Source: Parcubacteria bacterium C7867-008
GTDB taxonomy: Bacteria > Patescibacteriota > Minisyncoccia > Phycocordibacterales > Phycocordibacteraceae
NCBI GenBank assembly: GCA_001189215.1
Contig: LFCR01000004.1
Coordinates: forward strand, 162,244 to 226,243
Direction of reading: 5' to 3'
DNA length: 64,000 bases
The translations under genes and the position numbers were made by a program. Under the pieces are notes generated by a model that was given only the letters and a program-made list of their open reading frames with translations, was not told the origin of the DNA and did not search any database. This document shows positions 29,351-39,123 of this stretch, one piece after another; positions within the stretch are counted from its first letter, which is position 1; every line of letters starts with the position of its first letter.

Positions 29351-29632
29351 ATGGCACATACAAAGGCTGGAGGATCAACAAAGAACGGACGCGACTCAAA
29401 CCCTAAATTCCTAGGAGTGAAGCTTGCTGCGGGCCAGGCAGCACGTCCAGGCATGGTTCTCGTACGTCAGCGCGGTACCAAGGTTATGGCAGGTCAGAAC
29501 GTTAAGGTCGGAAAAGACCATACACTTTACTCGATGGTTTCGGGAATCGTCTCGTTCCGTGACAAGCGAAAGACCAATTTTGATGGTCGTGTTGTACGCC
29601 GTAAGGTGGTAGACGTAGTTGCTGCAGCATAA
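29351..29632 (+). CDS. rpmA: 50S ribosomal protein L27
   Basis: MAHTKAGGSTKNGRDS N-terminus. Confidence 0.9.
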   Translation: MAHTKAGGSTKNGRDSNPKFLGVKLAAGQAARPGMVLVRQRGTKVMAGQNVKVGKDHTLYSMVSGIVSFRDKRKTNFDGRVVRRKVVDVVAAA

Positions 29633-29656
29633 GGAAAAGCTGGAGTTTTGGTCAAA

Positions 29657-29700
29657 AAGGGCCCTGTCTCAATACGAGACAGGGCCCTTGACCTTTTGTC
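29657..29700 (+). terminator. intrinsic terminator after rpmA
   Basis: aagggccctgtctc/gagacagggccctt then gaccttttgtc. Confidence 0.7.
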
Positions 29701-29778
29701 AAGTATGTGATACTGTGTGTCCGGAACCCGGAATGTGCGATTCCGCGGTACTTCTTTCAAACCGAATAGGTGTTTGTG

Positions 29779-30999
29779 ATGGAAAAGATACTGAACTGGA
29801 TGAAGTTGGCACCCTGCCTACTCATCCTCGCTCTGACGGTCCTTGTGGCCACAGGCGCTCAGGCCAAGGACCTCGGTCCCAATGGCCTGACCAACGCCTG
29901 CACCATCGGGCTGCGGACGCAACTGAACCTCTCCGAGGAACAGGCGCGACAACTGCCCGACGGCTTCGCCGGGAAATACCTCGGCTACGACTTCACGCTC
30001 GGCAAGACACCACCCACCACGTTGTGGGGGTTCTGCGAGATCCTCGTCAAAGATGGGAGATTCTCGCAGGCCAACGTCGGACAGACTTCCGAGCCTGCTC
30101 CGACTCCGGAACCTGCAGCTGCCCTTGAGGCTGCTGCACCGGCTGCCGACCCGCCTGCTCCGGCACCTGAGGTGAAAGCCCCAGCTGCTGAAGCGAAGAG
30201 TGGTGGGGTGACCGTCGAGCTCGAACGGCGTGATCCGGCTCCCGTCTACGGGAAGCCAAACATCTTCGACAAGATGTGGTTTGCCACGCGGGACTTCTTC
30301 GGGTGGGCACGCAACGTGATCGTCAAGCACGAGGTGGTCAGTTCGCTGATTGCCACTCTGATCGCGGTTGCGATCGTGATCATGCTGCTCGCTCTTCGGC
30401 GACCTACGGCACAGTCCGACAATGACGAGCCCGAACCACAAGAAGACAAAGCTGATGGGCAATCCGGACCGATTCCGGCGCGCATCAGCGCTCCAGGCAG
30501 GTTCGCTGGCTTCAGCTACGATGACCTGGCCAGCTATGGCAAACGGTTCAAGAACGTCAAGCCGAAGGGCTTGTTCGAATCCTACGAAAGTCACCTGCGC
30601 CGTCTTCAAGCTGCCGGCCTCGACGTCTCTCACCTCCTCGACGAGGAAGAAGACGGAGATGATGATGCCGACGAGCAACCGCAGGACGATCCCGCTCCCA
30701 CCGCGAGCGACGCTGATCAAGCGCCTCCGGAAGAACCCGGACCCGCAGCACCTGCCACCGCGGCAGATGTACCCGACATGGTAGTGCCACCACTTCCGAT
30801 CGGGCGCCGCTCCAACCTTCCGCTGAGCTCTGAAGATGCAAAAGCGATCAAGGAGCTGAAGGCTATCCATGCCCAGCTGCAAGGCGAGAGCGACCGAGCC
30901 TACACAAACCGTCTTCGGGCGTTGGGTGTCGGCACCGGCCCTCTGGTGGGTACCCACGTCGCGGAACAAATTTCCGACGCCAAGACCTACCGTCCATGA
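29779..30999 (+). CDS. 406-aa GC-rich exported bitopic protein (signal peptide, Pro/Ala-rich linker, one TM, acidic cytoplasmic tail)
   Basis: AGGTG 7 nt before the ATG (MEKILNWMKL). The ORF-track start at 29770 is GTG. GC-rich throughout. Terminator follows. Confidence 0.5.
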   Translation: MEKILNWMKLAPCLLILALTVLVATGAQAKDLGPNGLTNACTIGLRTQLNLSEEQARQLPDGFAGKYLGYDFTLGKTPPTTLWGFCEILVKDGRFSQANVGQTSEPAPTPEPAAALEAAAPAADPPAPAPEVKAPAAEAKSGGVTVELERRDPAPVYGKPNIFDKMWFATRDFFGWARNVIVKHEVVSSLIATLIAVAIVIMLLALRRPTAQSDNDEPEPQEDKADGQSGPIPARISAPGRFAGFSYDDLASYGKRFKNVKPKGLFESYESHLRRLQAAGLDVSHLLDEEEDGDDDADEQPQDDPAPTASDADQAPPEEPGPAAPATAADVPDMVVPPLPIGRRSNLPLSSEDAKAIKELKAIHAQLQGESDRAYTNRLRALGVGTGPLVGTHVAEQISDAKTYRP

Positions 31000-31058
31000 G
31001 CCCTGGCTCATCACACACCCTATTCTGTAGCTGAATAAGCTGCATTCGCACATACAAG

Positions 31059-31100
31059 AAGGCGCCGCTCCCCCGTGGGACGGCGCCTTTTCTTATTGTC
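31059..31100 (+). terminator. intrinsic terminator (also sits downstream of the convergent rplI)
   Basis: aaggcgccg...cggcgcctt with inner tccc/ggga, then ttcttattg. Confidence 0.65.
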
Positions 31101-31109
31101 TTGTGAAGC

Positions 31110-31535
31110 TTATTCGGCCTCTACTGAAATGGTGATGGAACCAAAGTTCTCACCGTATGCCACAGGAATCTGGAATGCACCGAGTTCCTTGATTGGCTTC
31201 TCAAGCTTGATTGCTTCAAGAGGAAGCTTTGCCTCTTCAGCGATCTCCTTAGCATCAACCGCATCGTATAGGTGACCCTGCTCGTTAGCCTTCTTGATGA
31301 TTGAGATACGAGTCTCAGCAAGTGCTGAAAGGCGCTCCTCAATGAGCTTTGCTTCAACAGAACGTTTCTCATCAGACTGCTGCTTCATACCTTCAGCGCG
31401 CTTAATAGCCGTAGGGGTAGCAAGTACGGCAAGACCGCGTGGGATAAGCATGTTAAGACCGTGTCCATCAGACACGTCTAGTACAGTTCCTGCACGGCCC
31501 ATATCACGAACATCTTTCAGTAGGACAACTTTCAT
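31110..31535 (-). CDS. rplI: 50S ribosomal protein L9
   Basis: MKVVLLKDV..G..G.V..V..GY..N.LIP pattern. Confidence 0.85.
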   Translation of the reverse strand: MKVVLLKDVRDMGRAGTVLDVSDGHGLNMLIPRGLAVLATPTAIKRAEGMKQQSDEKRSVEAKLIEERLSALAETRISIIKKANEQGHLYDAVDAKEIAEEAKLPLEAIKLEKPIKELGAFQIPVAYGENFGSITISVEAE

Positions 31536-31655
31536 ATAGAGCTATCCTAGCCTGTTATGCCTCATATCGCAACCAGGTCTTTTTGACATTATATATTTAT
31601 ATACTACTATTCTTTTGAAGTTCGTAAGTTCAATTCTTTGGGAGAAACCGCAGGG

Positions 31656-31877
31656 ATGTTCATCGCTACCCTGCTAGCTTCCCCGGTTGACTTGATTATC
31701 CTCGTGAATCGAGGGGCGACTGAGCAGAAAGAGCGCGAGCAGAAAACAGCCTTCTTTGTGGAGCGAGCCTGCAACACGGTCCCGCTCAGCATCTGTCGGG
31801 TGAGGCCACCGTCTTCAATCGCAGAAACGGCGCAGAGCAGTACTACCGCGTCGCAAATGCACGTTTGTACCGCATGA
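31656..31877 (+). CDS. 73-aa GC-rich ORF (unknown function), first of a coupled pair
   Basis: ATG after gggag..gcaggg. Its stop overlaps the next ATG as ATGA. Confidence 0.35.
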   Translation: MFIATLLASPVDLIILVNRGATEQKEREQKTAFFVERACNTVPLSICRVRPPSSIAETAQSSTTASQMHVCTA

Positions 31878-31978
31878 ATACCGATGGCACGATCACAGGA
31901 GAACCAGCGACACTTCCAGCAGGATGCTTCAACGGACAACTCTTCTGCTCGAGCGAATTCAATCCGTTTGATCTGTGA
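31874..31978 (+). CDS. 34-aa GC-rich ORF coupled by an ATGA overlap
   Basis: ATGA start/stop overlap. Terminator 25 nt downstream. Confidence 0.3.
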   Translation: MNTDGTITGEPATLPAGCFNGQLFCSSEFNPFDL

Positions 31979-32006
31979 CGAGAGTCGGCATGATAAATAC
32001 GGAGTG

Positions 32007-32038
32007 GGGGCGGCCTTTTATGGGGCCGCCCTTTCTCG
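32007..32038 (+). terminator. intrinsic terminator
   Basis: gggcggcc-ttttatgg-ggccgccc then tttctcgtat. Confidence 0.65.
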
Positions 32039-32042
32039 TATC

Positions 32043-33356
32043 TTATGATCCTGTCGTTAGGAATTGAATCGCGCGATCCATCTGGGGATCTTTCTTAGCA
32101 ATGAAGTCTTCTTGTGTGCGATCGGCCTTAATATCTGGCTGTACGCCGTCATTGGAAATTGAGCGACCGGATGGTGTGAGCCAACGCGCCACAGTAACCT
32201 TGAGTGATGCTTTGCCAATCTTAACGAGCTCCTGTACGGAACCCTTTCCGAATGATCGTGTGCCAATGATAGTAGCCACTTTCTCATCCTGAAGTGCTCC
32301 TGCAAGAATTTCTGATGCTGAAGCTGATCCCTGATTCATGAGAACCACGGTCTGAAGACCAGCAGGGATCCCACCTGACCCACTACTCTTGTGTACGATG
32401 TTCTCCTCATTACCCTTATAGTCTTCAGTAACAATAGCGGTACCGCTTGGAAGGAAGTGGCTACCAATCGCTACGGCGGCATCAAGATAGCCACCGGGAT
32501 TGCCACGTAGGTCGATGATGAGCTTCTTTGCTCCCTTAGCACGCATCTCTTCAAGTGCATCATCAAACAGATCTGCAGAGTTAGCGGTGAATGTATAGAG
32601 CGCGATGGTAAAGATACCGGTCTTTGTATCGTACTCAGTATTGATGGTTGGTACGTTGATAACATCTCGCACCACGGGTATCTCAAGGGTCTTTTCACCA
32701 CGATAGATCGTGAAGGTTACGGTGGTACCCTTCTTGCCACGAATTTGCTGCACTGCCTCTTCAACAGAAATGTTCTCCGTTGATTTGCCATTAATACTAA
32801 GGATAAGATCTCCCGGTACTAGACCTGCGCGTTCTGCTGGAGACTCCTTGAGTGGTGCTATGACCGTAAGAATAGCGTCTTTGGTTAGACCGATCTCCGC
32901 ACCAATACCATCAAAGTTTCCAGCAATGTCTTCCTGAAAGACCTTTGCTTCTTCTGGCGGAAAGAAAGTGGTGTATGGGTCACCGTATGCAGAAGTGAGA
33001 CCTTGAATAGCGCTCCATACAATTTCCTGCTTCGTTGGAGGACTACTTGTTGAGTGTGTTTGTACGAATCGCGTATTGAGTACGTTGTATGCCTTCCAGA
33101 AATCAGCGAAATCTAGCGATTCATCAGGTTCTGCACTGAGTCCGTCTCCGATAAGGGGGATATTCGAGAACACACGAGTGCCACCAGACGCACCCACGGT
33201 GAGACCCGCAGCAAAACCTACTCCAAGAATAAGTACAAAGATAAATGCACGCTGCATCGTACGCGTGAATTTCTTTTGTGCTACTGGAGCAGCATCGAAG
33301 GCAGATTCGTCTTCGGTAAACGGCACTTCATCCATAGCGGCAATGGTAGCATGCAA
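32043..33356 (-). CDS. ctpA: S41 carboxyl-terminal processing protease with PDZ domain
   Basis: PDZ followed by the S41 catalytic region (GNPGG...). Confidence 0.8.
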   Translation of the reverse strand: MHATIAAMDEVPFTEDESAFDAAPVAQKKFTRTMQRAFIFVLILGVGFAAGLTVGASGGTRVFSNIPLIGDGLSAEPDESLDFADFWKAYNVLNTRFVQTHSTSSPPTKQEIVWSAIQGLTSAYGDPYTTFFPPEEAKVFQEDIAGNFDGIGAEIGLTKDAILTVIAPLKESPAERAGLVPGDLILSINGKSTENISVEEAVQQIRGKKGTTVTFTIYRGEKTLEIPVVRDVINVPTINTEYDTKTGIFTIALYTFTANSADLFDDALEEMRAKGAKKLIIDLRGNPGGYLDAAVAIGSHFLPSGTAIVTEDYKGNEENIVHKSSGSGGIPAGLQTVVLMNQGSASASEILAGALQDEKVATIIGTRSFGKGSVQELVKIGKASLKVTVARWLTPSGRSISNDGVQPDIKADRTQEDFIAKKDPQMDRAIQFLTTGS

Positions 33357-33416
33357 CTAACCAAATCGTGTGTGAATTGAGTCCGCACATTTACAGACAC
33401 GAGCTATACTAGAAAC

Positions 33417-34334
33417 ATGCTTACTCGTCACACACGCAACGGCGTCATCTGGGTGGATCTGGAATCCCCCACACGTCAGGAGTTGCAGAGCGTGGTCTCA
33501 GAGTTTGATATTGATACTCGTATTGAAGAGGAGATCATAACCCCTACCGCATATCCCCTTATTGTTGCGTCAGAGAAATATGTGTATCTCATCCTCCACT
33601 TCCCCACTATGGATCCGCGTGGTGGTGCTAAGAATCAGGAGATCGATTTCATTGTTGGAAAGGACTTCATGGTTACCGCGCGGTATGAAGTTATTGATTC
33701 CATTCATAACCTTCAGAAGGTATTTGAGTCTGAGGAACTCCTTGGTCTTCCTGAGAAGCATGTAAATGCGGAGAGTCTCCTTGAACGCGTGCTTCGTCAC
33801 CTGTATGCAGCACTGGGTGAAGAGACAGAACAGGTAGCACGTATGCTTGAACGTATTGAACAGGACATCTATTCAGGAAAGGAGCGACAGACAGTGCTGA
33901 ACCTTTCTAAGGTGAGTCGTATTCTCTTGCGTTTCGATACGGCTCTTGCACGCCACGAAGATGCACTTGCGAGTTTCTTAAGTGAACTCACCGCACCTGC
34001 ATTCTTTGGTAAAGGATTTAAGGAACACATCAATCATATTGAAGCTGAGCGTATGCATGCAGCAGGATTGGTTGGAAACTATCGTGCCGTTACCACAGAA
34101 CTTCGTCTTACGAACGACTCGCTCCTTTCTACTAAGCAAAACGATATTATTACGCGTCTCACCATTATGGCGTTTGCAACCTTCCCGCTCACGGTTATTG
34201 CCGGTATTTTCGGCATGAACACACCAAATATGCCTCTCGTTGAATCTCCGTACGGTTTCTGGATGATATTGGGAATCATGGCACTTACGGTACTTGGGTT
34301 TGTTTCCTTCTTTAGGTTTAGAAAGTGGCTGTAG
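33417..34334 (+). CDS. corA: CorA-family Mg2+/Co2+ transporter
   Basis: C-terminal two TM helices with the GMN motif (IFGMNTPNMP). Confidence 0.8.
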   Translation: MLTRHTRNGVIWVDLESPTRQELQSVVSEFDIDTRIEEEIITPTAYPLIVASEKYVYLILHFPTMDPRGGAKNQEIDFIVGKDFMVTARYEVIDSIHNLQKVFESEELLGLPEKHVNAESLLERVLRHLYAALGEETEQVARMLERIEQDIYSGKERQTVLNLSKVSRILLRFDTALARHEDALASFLSELTAPAFFGKGFKEHINHIEAERMHAAGLVGNYRAVTTELRLTNDSLLSTKQNDIITRLTIMAFATFPLTVIAGIFGMNTPNMPLVESPYGFWMILGIMALTVLGFVSFFRFRKWL

Positions 34335-35017
34335 GCATGAGTAAGAAAGTAGTGTGGATAATTGGTATCGCTATTGCGGTAATAGGTCTTCTTTTTTGCA
34401 TTGAGCAGTTCTTAGCAGCAAGTTATGTAGTGAAGACAGGTTTGAAAATAATGCTCTTCTTAGTTTTGCCGCTTATATGGGCACTTAGGTATGAACGTAC
34501 ACAAATAGCAACAATCCTCGGATTGAAAGGATTTACGTACAAAGGTCTTGTTCCGGGAGTGCTTATCGGTGCCGGTTCATTTCTAATAATTCTCGCCGCA
34601 TATGCAATACTCGGAACATTTATTGATTTTCCAGCAATCGCACATAACCTCCAGTCTAAGTTAGGAATAACACCAGCAAACTTCTTGTGGGTTGGGTTAT
34701 ATGTAATTGGTATCAACTCATTACTTGAAGAATTCTTCTTTAGAGGATTCGTCTTTCTAAACCTGCGAGGTAATACTCCCGTGTGGTTTGCTTATGTATT
34801 CTCTGCTGGATCATTCGCGCTCTACCATATGGCGATCATTGCCGGATGGTTTAACCCAATACTTATGACGTTGGCTCTCACCTCCTTGTTTGTGGTGGGT
34901 CTCGTATTCAATATGCTTAATAGGAAGTCTGGTCATTTCCTTAACTCATGGGTCGCACACGCTATGGCAGACAGTGCCATTATTCTCGTCGGTTGCAGAG
35001 TGTTTAATATTCTCTAA
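34325..35017 (+). CDS. CPBP-family (CAAX) intramembrane metalloprotease
   Basis: LLEEFFFRGF motif. Polytopic. Confidence 0.7.
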   Translation: MAVGMSKKVVWIIGIAIAVIGLLFCIEQFLAASYVVKTGLKIMLFLVLPLIWALRYERTQIATILGLKGFTYKGLVPGVLIGAGSFLIILAAYAILGTFIDFPAIAHNLQSKLGITPANFLWVGLYVIGINSLLEEFFFRGFVFLNLRGNTPVWFAYVFSAGSFALYHMAIIAGWFNPILMTLALTSLFVVGLVFNMLNRKSGHFLNSWVAHAMADSAIILVGCRVFNIL

Positions 35018-35124
35018 GAGCGAGAAATTGACATTTTAGCAAATCATGATTATATAGCATTGCGTCAATGATGGCGCTCTATGACCTGACTTCGTAACCC
35101 GAAGCAGAGTGAAAGGACCGCTCT

Positions 35125-35586
35125 ATGAAAATTATGCGTTTGAGTGCCACCGATGGCTCGCCATGTGGGGTGATCAATCTGGCTTTCGTACTGGACAACG
35201 TCGATCTGCAAGACGGTCAATACGTCCTGAGTATGCGAGATGAATACCCTTTGGCCTACGTTTCCTACAAAGACGGGACTAAGGCCCATGGTGAAATCTT
35301 CGGGAGTTTCTCCCTGCGCGATGCCCGCGCTCGTCTGCGACCCACGGTTCATAAGGACGGCAGACACATGGTGGAGATCGGGGTCGAAAGCCCGAATGTT
35401 CCTGACTTCCTCGCCCTGTCTGCCAAGATCTATGGTGAGGTTCTTCGGATCCCGATCAGGACCTTCGAGAAGGACCAGGAATTCCCCGGAAACCTAACCT
35501 TCATCGACGGTATCCGGAACGCTCTGGGTCGACTCCGTCGCTACATCGCGGAGCAACTCAAACGCATGCGGCTCATCAGAGCCTAA
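35125..35586 (+). CDS. 153-aa GC-rich protein of unknown function
   Basis: SD AAAGGA 8 nt before the ATG. GC-rich. Own terminator. Confidence 0.5.
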   Translation: MKIMRLSATDGSPCGVINLAFVLDNVDLQDGQYVLSMRDEYPLAYVSYKDGTKAHGEIFGSFSLRDARARLRPTVHKDGRHMVEIGVESPNVPDFLALSAKIYGEVLRIPIRTFEKDQEFPGNLTFIDGIRNALGRLRRYIAEQLKRMRLIRA

Positions 35587-35601
35587 CGCCATCCAACGGA
35601 G

Positions 35602-35638
35602 AGCCGCCCGCTCCCCCGCGGGTGGCTTTTCGTTTTTA
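35602..35638 (+). terminator. intrinsic terminator
   Basis: agccgcccgc-tccccc-gcgggtggct then tttcgttttta. Confidence 0.65.
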
Positions 35639-35666
35639 CCCCTAGCACATATGATACGGTGTATCT

Positions 35667-37148
35667 ATGTGGCCATTTCGTTCAGGTAAGGAGCGTTCTC
35701 TGCTTGAGACACCCATCTTTTTCACAAACACACTCAGTGGCAAGAAGGAACTCTTCGCTCCCCTTCGCCCAGGAAACGTAACAATGTATTCCTGTGGACC
35801 AACGGTATATAACCGTGCGCACATTGGTAACCTTCGTCCCTACGTATTCTCTGATCTTATTGCTCGTGTTCTTGAACAGCGGGGCTTTCGAGTACGTCGT
35901 GTAATAAACATTACTGATGTGGGTCATTTGGTTTCTGATGCAGACGATGGCGAAGACAAGATGGAGAAGAGTGCCCGTGAGACCGGAGAATCTGCAGAAG
36001 ATATTGCTGCAAAATATACGACTCTCTTTCAGGACGATATTACTGCACTCAATATTGATGCACCGAATATTCTGTTTCCACGCGCAACACAGTACATCCC
36101 AGAACAGATCGCTATCATCCAAACGCTTGAACAGAAAGGTCTTACCTATCGTATTGCTGACGGTATCTATTTCGATACGAGTAAGTTCCATGGATACGGG
36201 AAGCTCGGTGGTATTCCCGTCTCACATATAAAGGATGGCTCCGCAGCCTCACTTGAAGATCGTATTGACCTGGCATCTCGCGGACGTATTGCAAAGAATG
36301 ACCAGAAGCGTAACCCTGCAGACTTTGCACTATGGAAGTCATCACCTGCCGGTATGCAGCGTAGACAGCAAGAGTGGTCGAGTCCATGGGGCGTTGGGTT
36401 CCCAGGTTGGCATATTGAGTGTTCTGCAATGAGCAAGGCACTGCTGGGTGAACAGATAGATATTCATACCGGTGGTATGGATCATATACCGATCCATCAC
36501 AACAATGAGATCGCGCAGTCTGAAGCAGCAAGCGGACGATCATTTGCGCGCTTCTGGATGCATAATGCATTTCTCACCATGGAACATGAGAAGGTTTCAA
36601 AGTCCTTAGGAAATGTTATCTATCTCTCAGAAATTATTGAGCGCGGATATGACCCTCTAGCGCTTAGATACCTATTCCTTCAGGCGCATTATCGTAGTCC
36701 TGTTTCCTTCACATGGGATTCTCTGACCGCGTCTAACGAAGCATTGATACGTCTTCGTAAGGGAGTTGCTGAATTAAAAGAAGCAGCAAAGGGTGTGAGC
36801 GTACATTCTGATATTCAAGATCGCGTCATTACACTTCTCCGTGATGATCTCGCTACCCCACAAGCACTTGCCCTTCTCTGGGAGACCGTACGCGATGAAG
36901 ACCTCCCACCTAAGCAAGCATGGGGAGTGGTTGAGGCTGCAGATGCGGTTCTTGGACTTAATCTCATTGAAGGCGGCAATACGCAAATTATTCCCGAGGA
37001 AATCAAAGATTTAGCTCAAAAGCGCCTACATGCACGCCTTTCCGGTGATTATGCTGAAGCAGACCGTATTCGTATCCACATAGAGAACAGTGGATATCTT
37101 GTGGATGACACCCCTTCTGGGCCGGTGTTGACGAAGAAGCTCCGGTGA
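35667..37148 (+). CDS. cysS: cysteinyl-tRNA synthetase
   Basis: MYSCGPTVYNRAHIGN and KVSKSLGN motifs. True start may be slightly downstream of 35667. Confidence 0.85.
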   Translation: MWPFRSGKERSLLETPIFFTNTLSGKKELFAPLRPGNVTMYSCGPTVYNRAHIGNLRPYVFSDLIARVLEQRGFRVRRVINITDVGHLVSDADDGEDKMEKSARETGESAEDIAAKYTTLFQDDITALNIDAPNILFPRATQYIPEQIAIIQTLEQKGLTYRIADGIYFDTSKFHGYGKLGGIPVSHIKDGSAASLEDRIDLASRGRIAKNDQKRNPADFALWKSSPAGMQRRQQEWSSPWGVGFPGWHIECSAMSKALLGEQIDIHTGGMDHIPIHHNNEIAQSEAASGRSFARFWMHNAFLTMEHEKVSKSLGNVIYLSEIIERGYDPLALRYLFLQAHYRSPVSFTWDSLTASNEALIRLRKGVAELKEAAKGVSVHSDIQDRVITLLRDDLATPQALALLWETVRDEDLPPKQAWGVVEAADAVLGLNLIEGGNTQIIPEEIKDLAQKRLHARLSGDYAEADRIRIHIENSGYLVDDTPSGPVLTKKLR

Positions 37149-37160
37149 TAGAATGAGGTA

Positions 37161-38522
37161 ATGCCCGACCACCTCGTACGCATCCCGCCCCAAAGCCTCG
37201 ATGCAGAACGAGGTCTCCTTGGCTCCCTTCTCCTCAAGCCTGACGCAATTCATGATGTCTCGGACATCGTTAAATATGATTCTTTTTATGCAGAGAAACA
37301 CCGCATCATCTTTGAAGCGATGCGCGAGCTCTCTGATCGTGGAGATCCGATAGATATTCTTTCGCTATCAGAACGACTTGTTGCAAAGAGCGCACTAGAA
37401 CGTGCTGGTGGACGTGCATACATCGCAGAGCTTGCGAACAATGCACCGGCTCCTGGCAACTACTCGCACTATGCAGAGCTTGTTTCAAAGAAGCATGTCA
37501 TGCGTGCTCTTATTGATACCGCACATGAGATCACTGAAGCCGCGTATGACGAGGGCCAGGAGACAGCACAGGTTCTTGATAACGCAGAGAAAGCTATCTA
37601 TGCGATTGGTAACTCATCCTCCGCACATAAGTTCGTAGCGATTGCTGATAAGTTGGATGCAACCTGGGAACGTATTGAAACACTGTCTAAGAGTGATGGT
37701 GCTATACGTGGTACCCCAACTGGATTCCCAGAGCTTGATAATCTTCTCTCGGGTCTTCATCCGTCAGATCTCATTATTCTTGCAGCACGTCCTTCCGTTG
37801 GTAAGACGACACTCGCACTTGATATCGCACGCAACACCGCGATACGTCATGGTACGCCCGTTGGTATCTTCTCTCTTGAAATGAGCTCTGAGCAACTTAT
37901 TGATCGTATGCTTTCTGCGGAGTCGTACGTTAATGCATGGAAGATTCGTACCGGTACCGTTAAAGCAGAGGAAGACTTTGCACGTATTCGTGACGCTCTC
38001 GAAGCACTTTCAAAAGCACCTATCTATATTGATGACAAAGCTGGTAACAACATCCTTTCTATGCGAGCCGTTGCACGACGTCTGAAACGCGAACGTGGTA
38101 TTGGTCTCATTGTGGTGGATTACCTTCAGCTCATGGCACCAACCAATACCAGAAACTCAGATTCTATGGTGCAGCAAGTTACAGAAATCTCTCGTTCCTT
38201 GAAGTCTCTCGCACGAGAACTTGAAGTACCGGTGCTTGCCCTCTCACAGCTCTCTCGTGCTGTGGAACAGCGTGGTGGCAAGCCTCGTCTTTCAGACCTT
38301 CGAGATTCCGGTTCTATTGAGCAGGACGCAGACGTTGTTATGTTCATTCATCGTGAAGACAAGACGAATAAAGACAGCGACCGACCAGGTATCGCTGAGA
38401 TTCTGGTTGAAAAGCATCGTAATGGTCCAACCGGTATGGTGGAGCTCTTCTTTGATGACAAGCGTTCAACCTTCCAATCTATTGATAAGTCTGGATACGG
38501 AGAGTTTGCGAACGAATTCTAG
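37161..38522 (+). CDS. dnaB: replicative DNA helicase
   Basis: N-terminal DnaB domain (PPQSLDAERGLLGSLL). Walker A GKTT. RecA-like C-terminal region. Confidence 0.9.
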   Translation: MPDHLVRIPPQSLDAERGLLGSLLLKPDAIHDVSDIVKYDSFYAEKHRIIFEAMRELSDRGDPIDILSLSERLVAKSALERAGGRAYIAELANNAPAPGNYSHYAELVSKKHVMRALIDTAHEITEAAYDEGQETAQVLDNAEKAIYAIGNSSSAHKFVAIADKLDATWERIETLSKSDGAIRGTPTGFPELDNLLSGLHPSDLIILAARPSVGKTTLALDIARNTAIRHGTPVGIFSLEMSSEQLIDRMLSAESYVNAWKIRTGTVKAEEDFARIRDALEALSKAPIYIDDKAGNNILSMRAVARRLKRERGIGLIVVDYLQLMAPTNTRNSDSMVQQVTEISRSLKSLARELEVPVLALSQLSRAVEQRGGKPRLSDLRDSGSIEQDADVVMFIHREDKTNKDSDRPGIAEILVEKHRNGPTGMVELFFDDKRSTFQSIDKSGYGEFANEF

Positions 38523-38523
38523 T

Positions 38524-39123
38524 ATGGATAGAGTTGATGATCTTGCACGTGCCTTCGAGCGATTCCCGGGTATTGGCCCCCGGCAAGCTAAGCGCTTTGT
38601 ATATCACCTGCTCAGCACGAATGTGAATGATCGTAATCGATTAGCAGATCTTATCGCTCGTATAGGAGACAGCGTTGCCCAGTGTCAGGAGTGCATGCGG
38701 TACTGGAGTGGGTCAGGTGACCTCTGTATTTATTGTGCAGATCGTTCTCGTGACGACTCCATACTTATGGTGGTGGAGAAGGATCAGGATCTTGCAGCTA
38801 TTGAACGTACCGGCGCATATCGTGGGCGCTATTTTGTACTTGGTGGTGTACTTACTCTTTCAGGCAAAGGAGCAATACGTGAAGCTGATCTTATTCAGCG
38901 TGTAGAGCGACGAAGTCATGAGGGACTACAGGAAATCATTCTTGCACTCTCTGCTACCAGTGAAGGCGAGCATACTGCAGATCATCTACGGGAACGACTC
39001 TCACCACTACGTGAGCATGTGAAGTTAACGGTGCTTGGTCGGGGTCTCGCTACCGGTTCTGAGCTTGAATACGCAGACTCTCCTACCCTCTCAAGTGCGT
39101 TACAGAATCGTAAGGAAACCTAG
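38524..39123 (+). CDS. recR: recombination protein RecR
   Basis: FERFPGIGPRQAKR HhH. C4 zinc finger CQECMRY..CIYC. Toprim. Confidence 0.85.
   Translation: MDRVDDLARAFERFPGIGPRQAKRFVYHLLSTNVNDRNRLADLIARIGDSVAQCQECMRYWSGSGDLCIYCADRSRDDSILMVVEKDQDLAAIERTGAYRGRYFVLGGVLTLSGKGAIREADLIQRVERRSHEGLQEIILALSATSEGEHTADHLRERLSPLREHVKLTVLGRGLATGSELEYADSPTLSSALQNRKET

Noticed and set aside
38221-38523. Upstream extension of recR (300-aa ORF).
   Set aside because: It overlaps the dnaB coding region in another frame. RecR homology starts at MDRVDDLARAFERFPGIGPRQA (38524).
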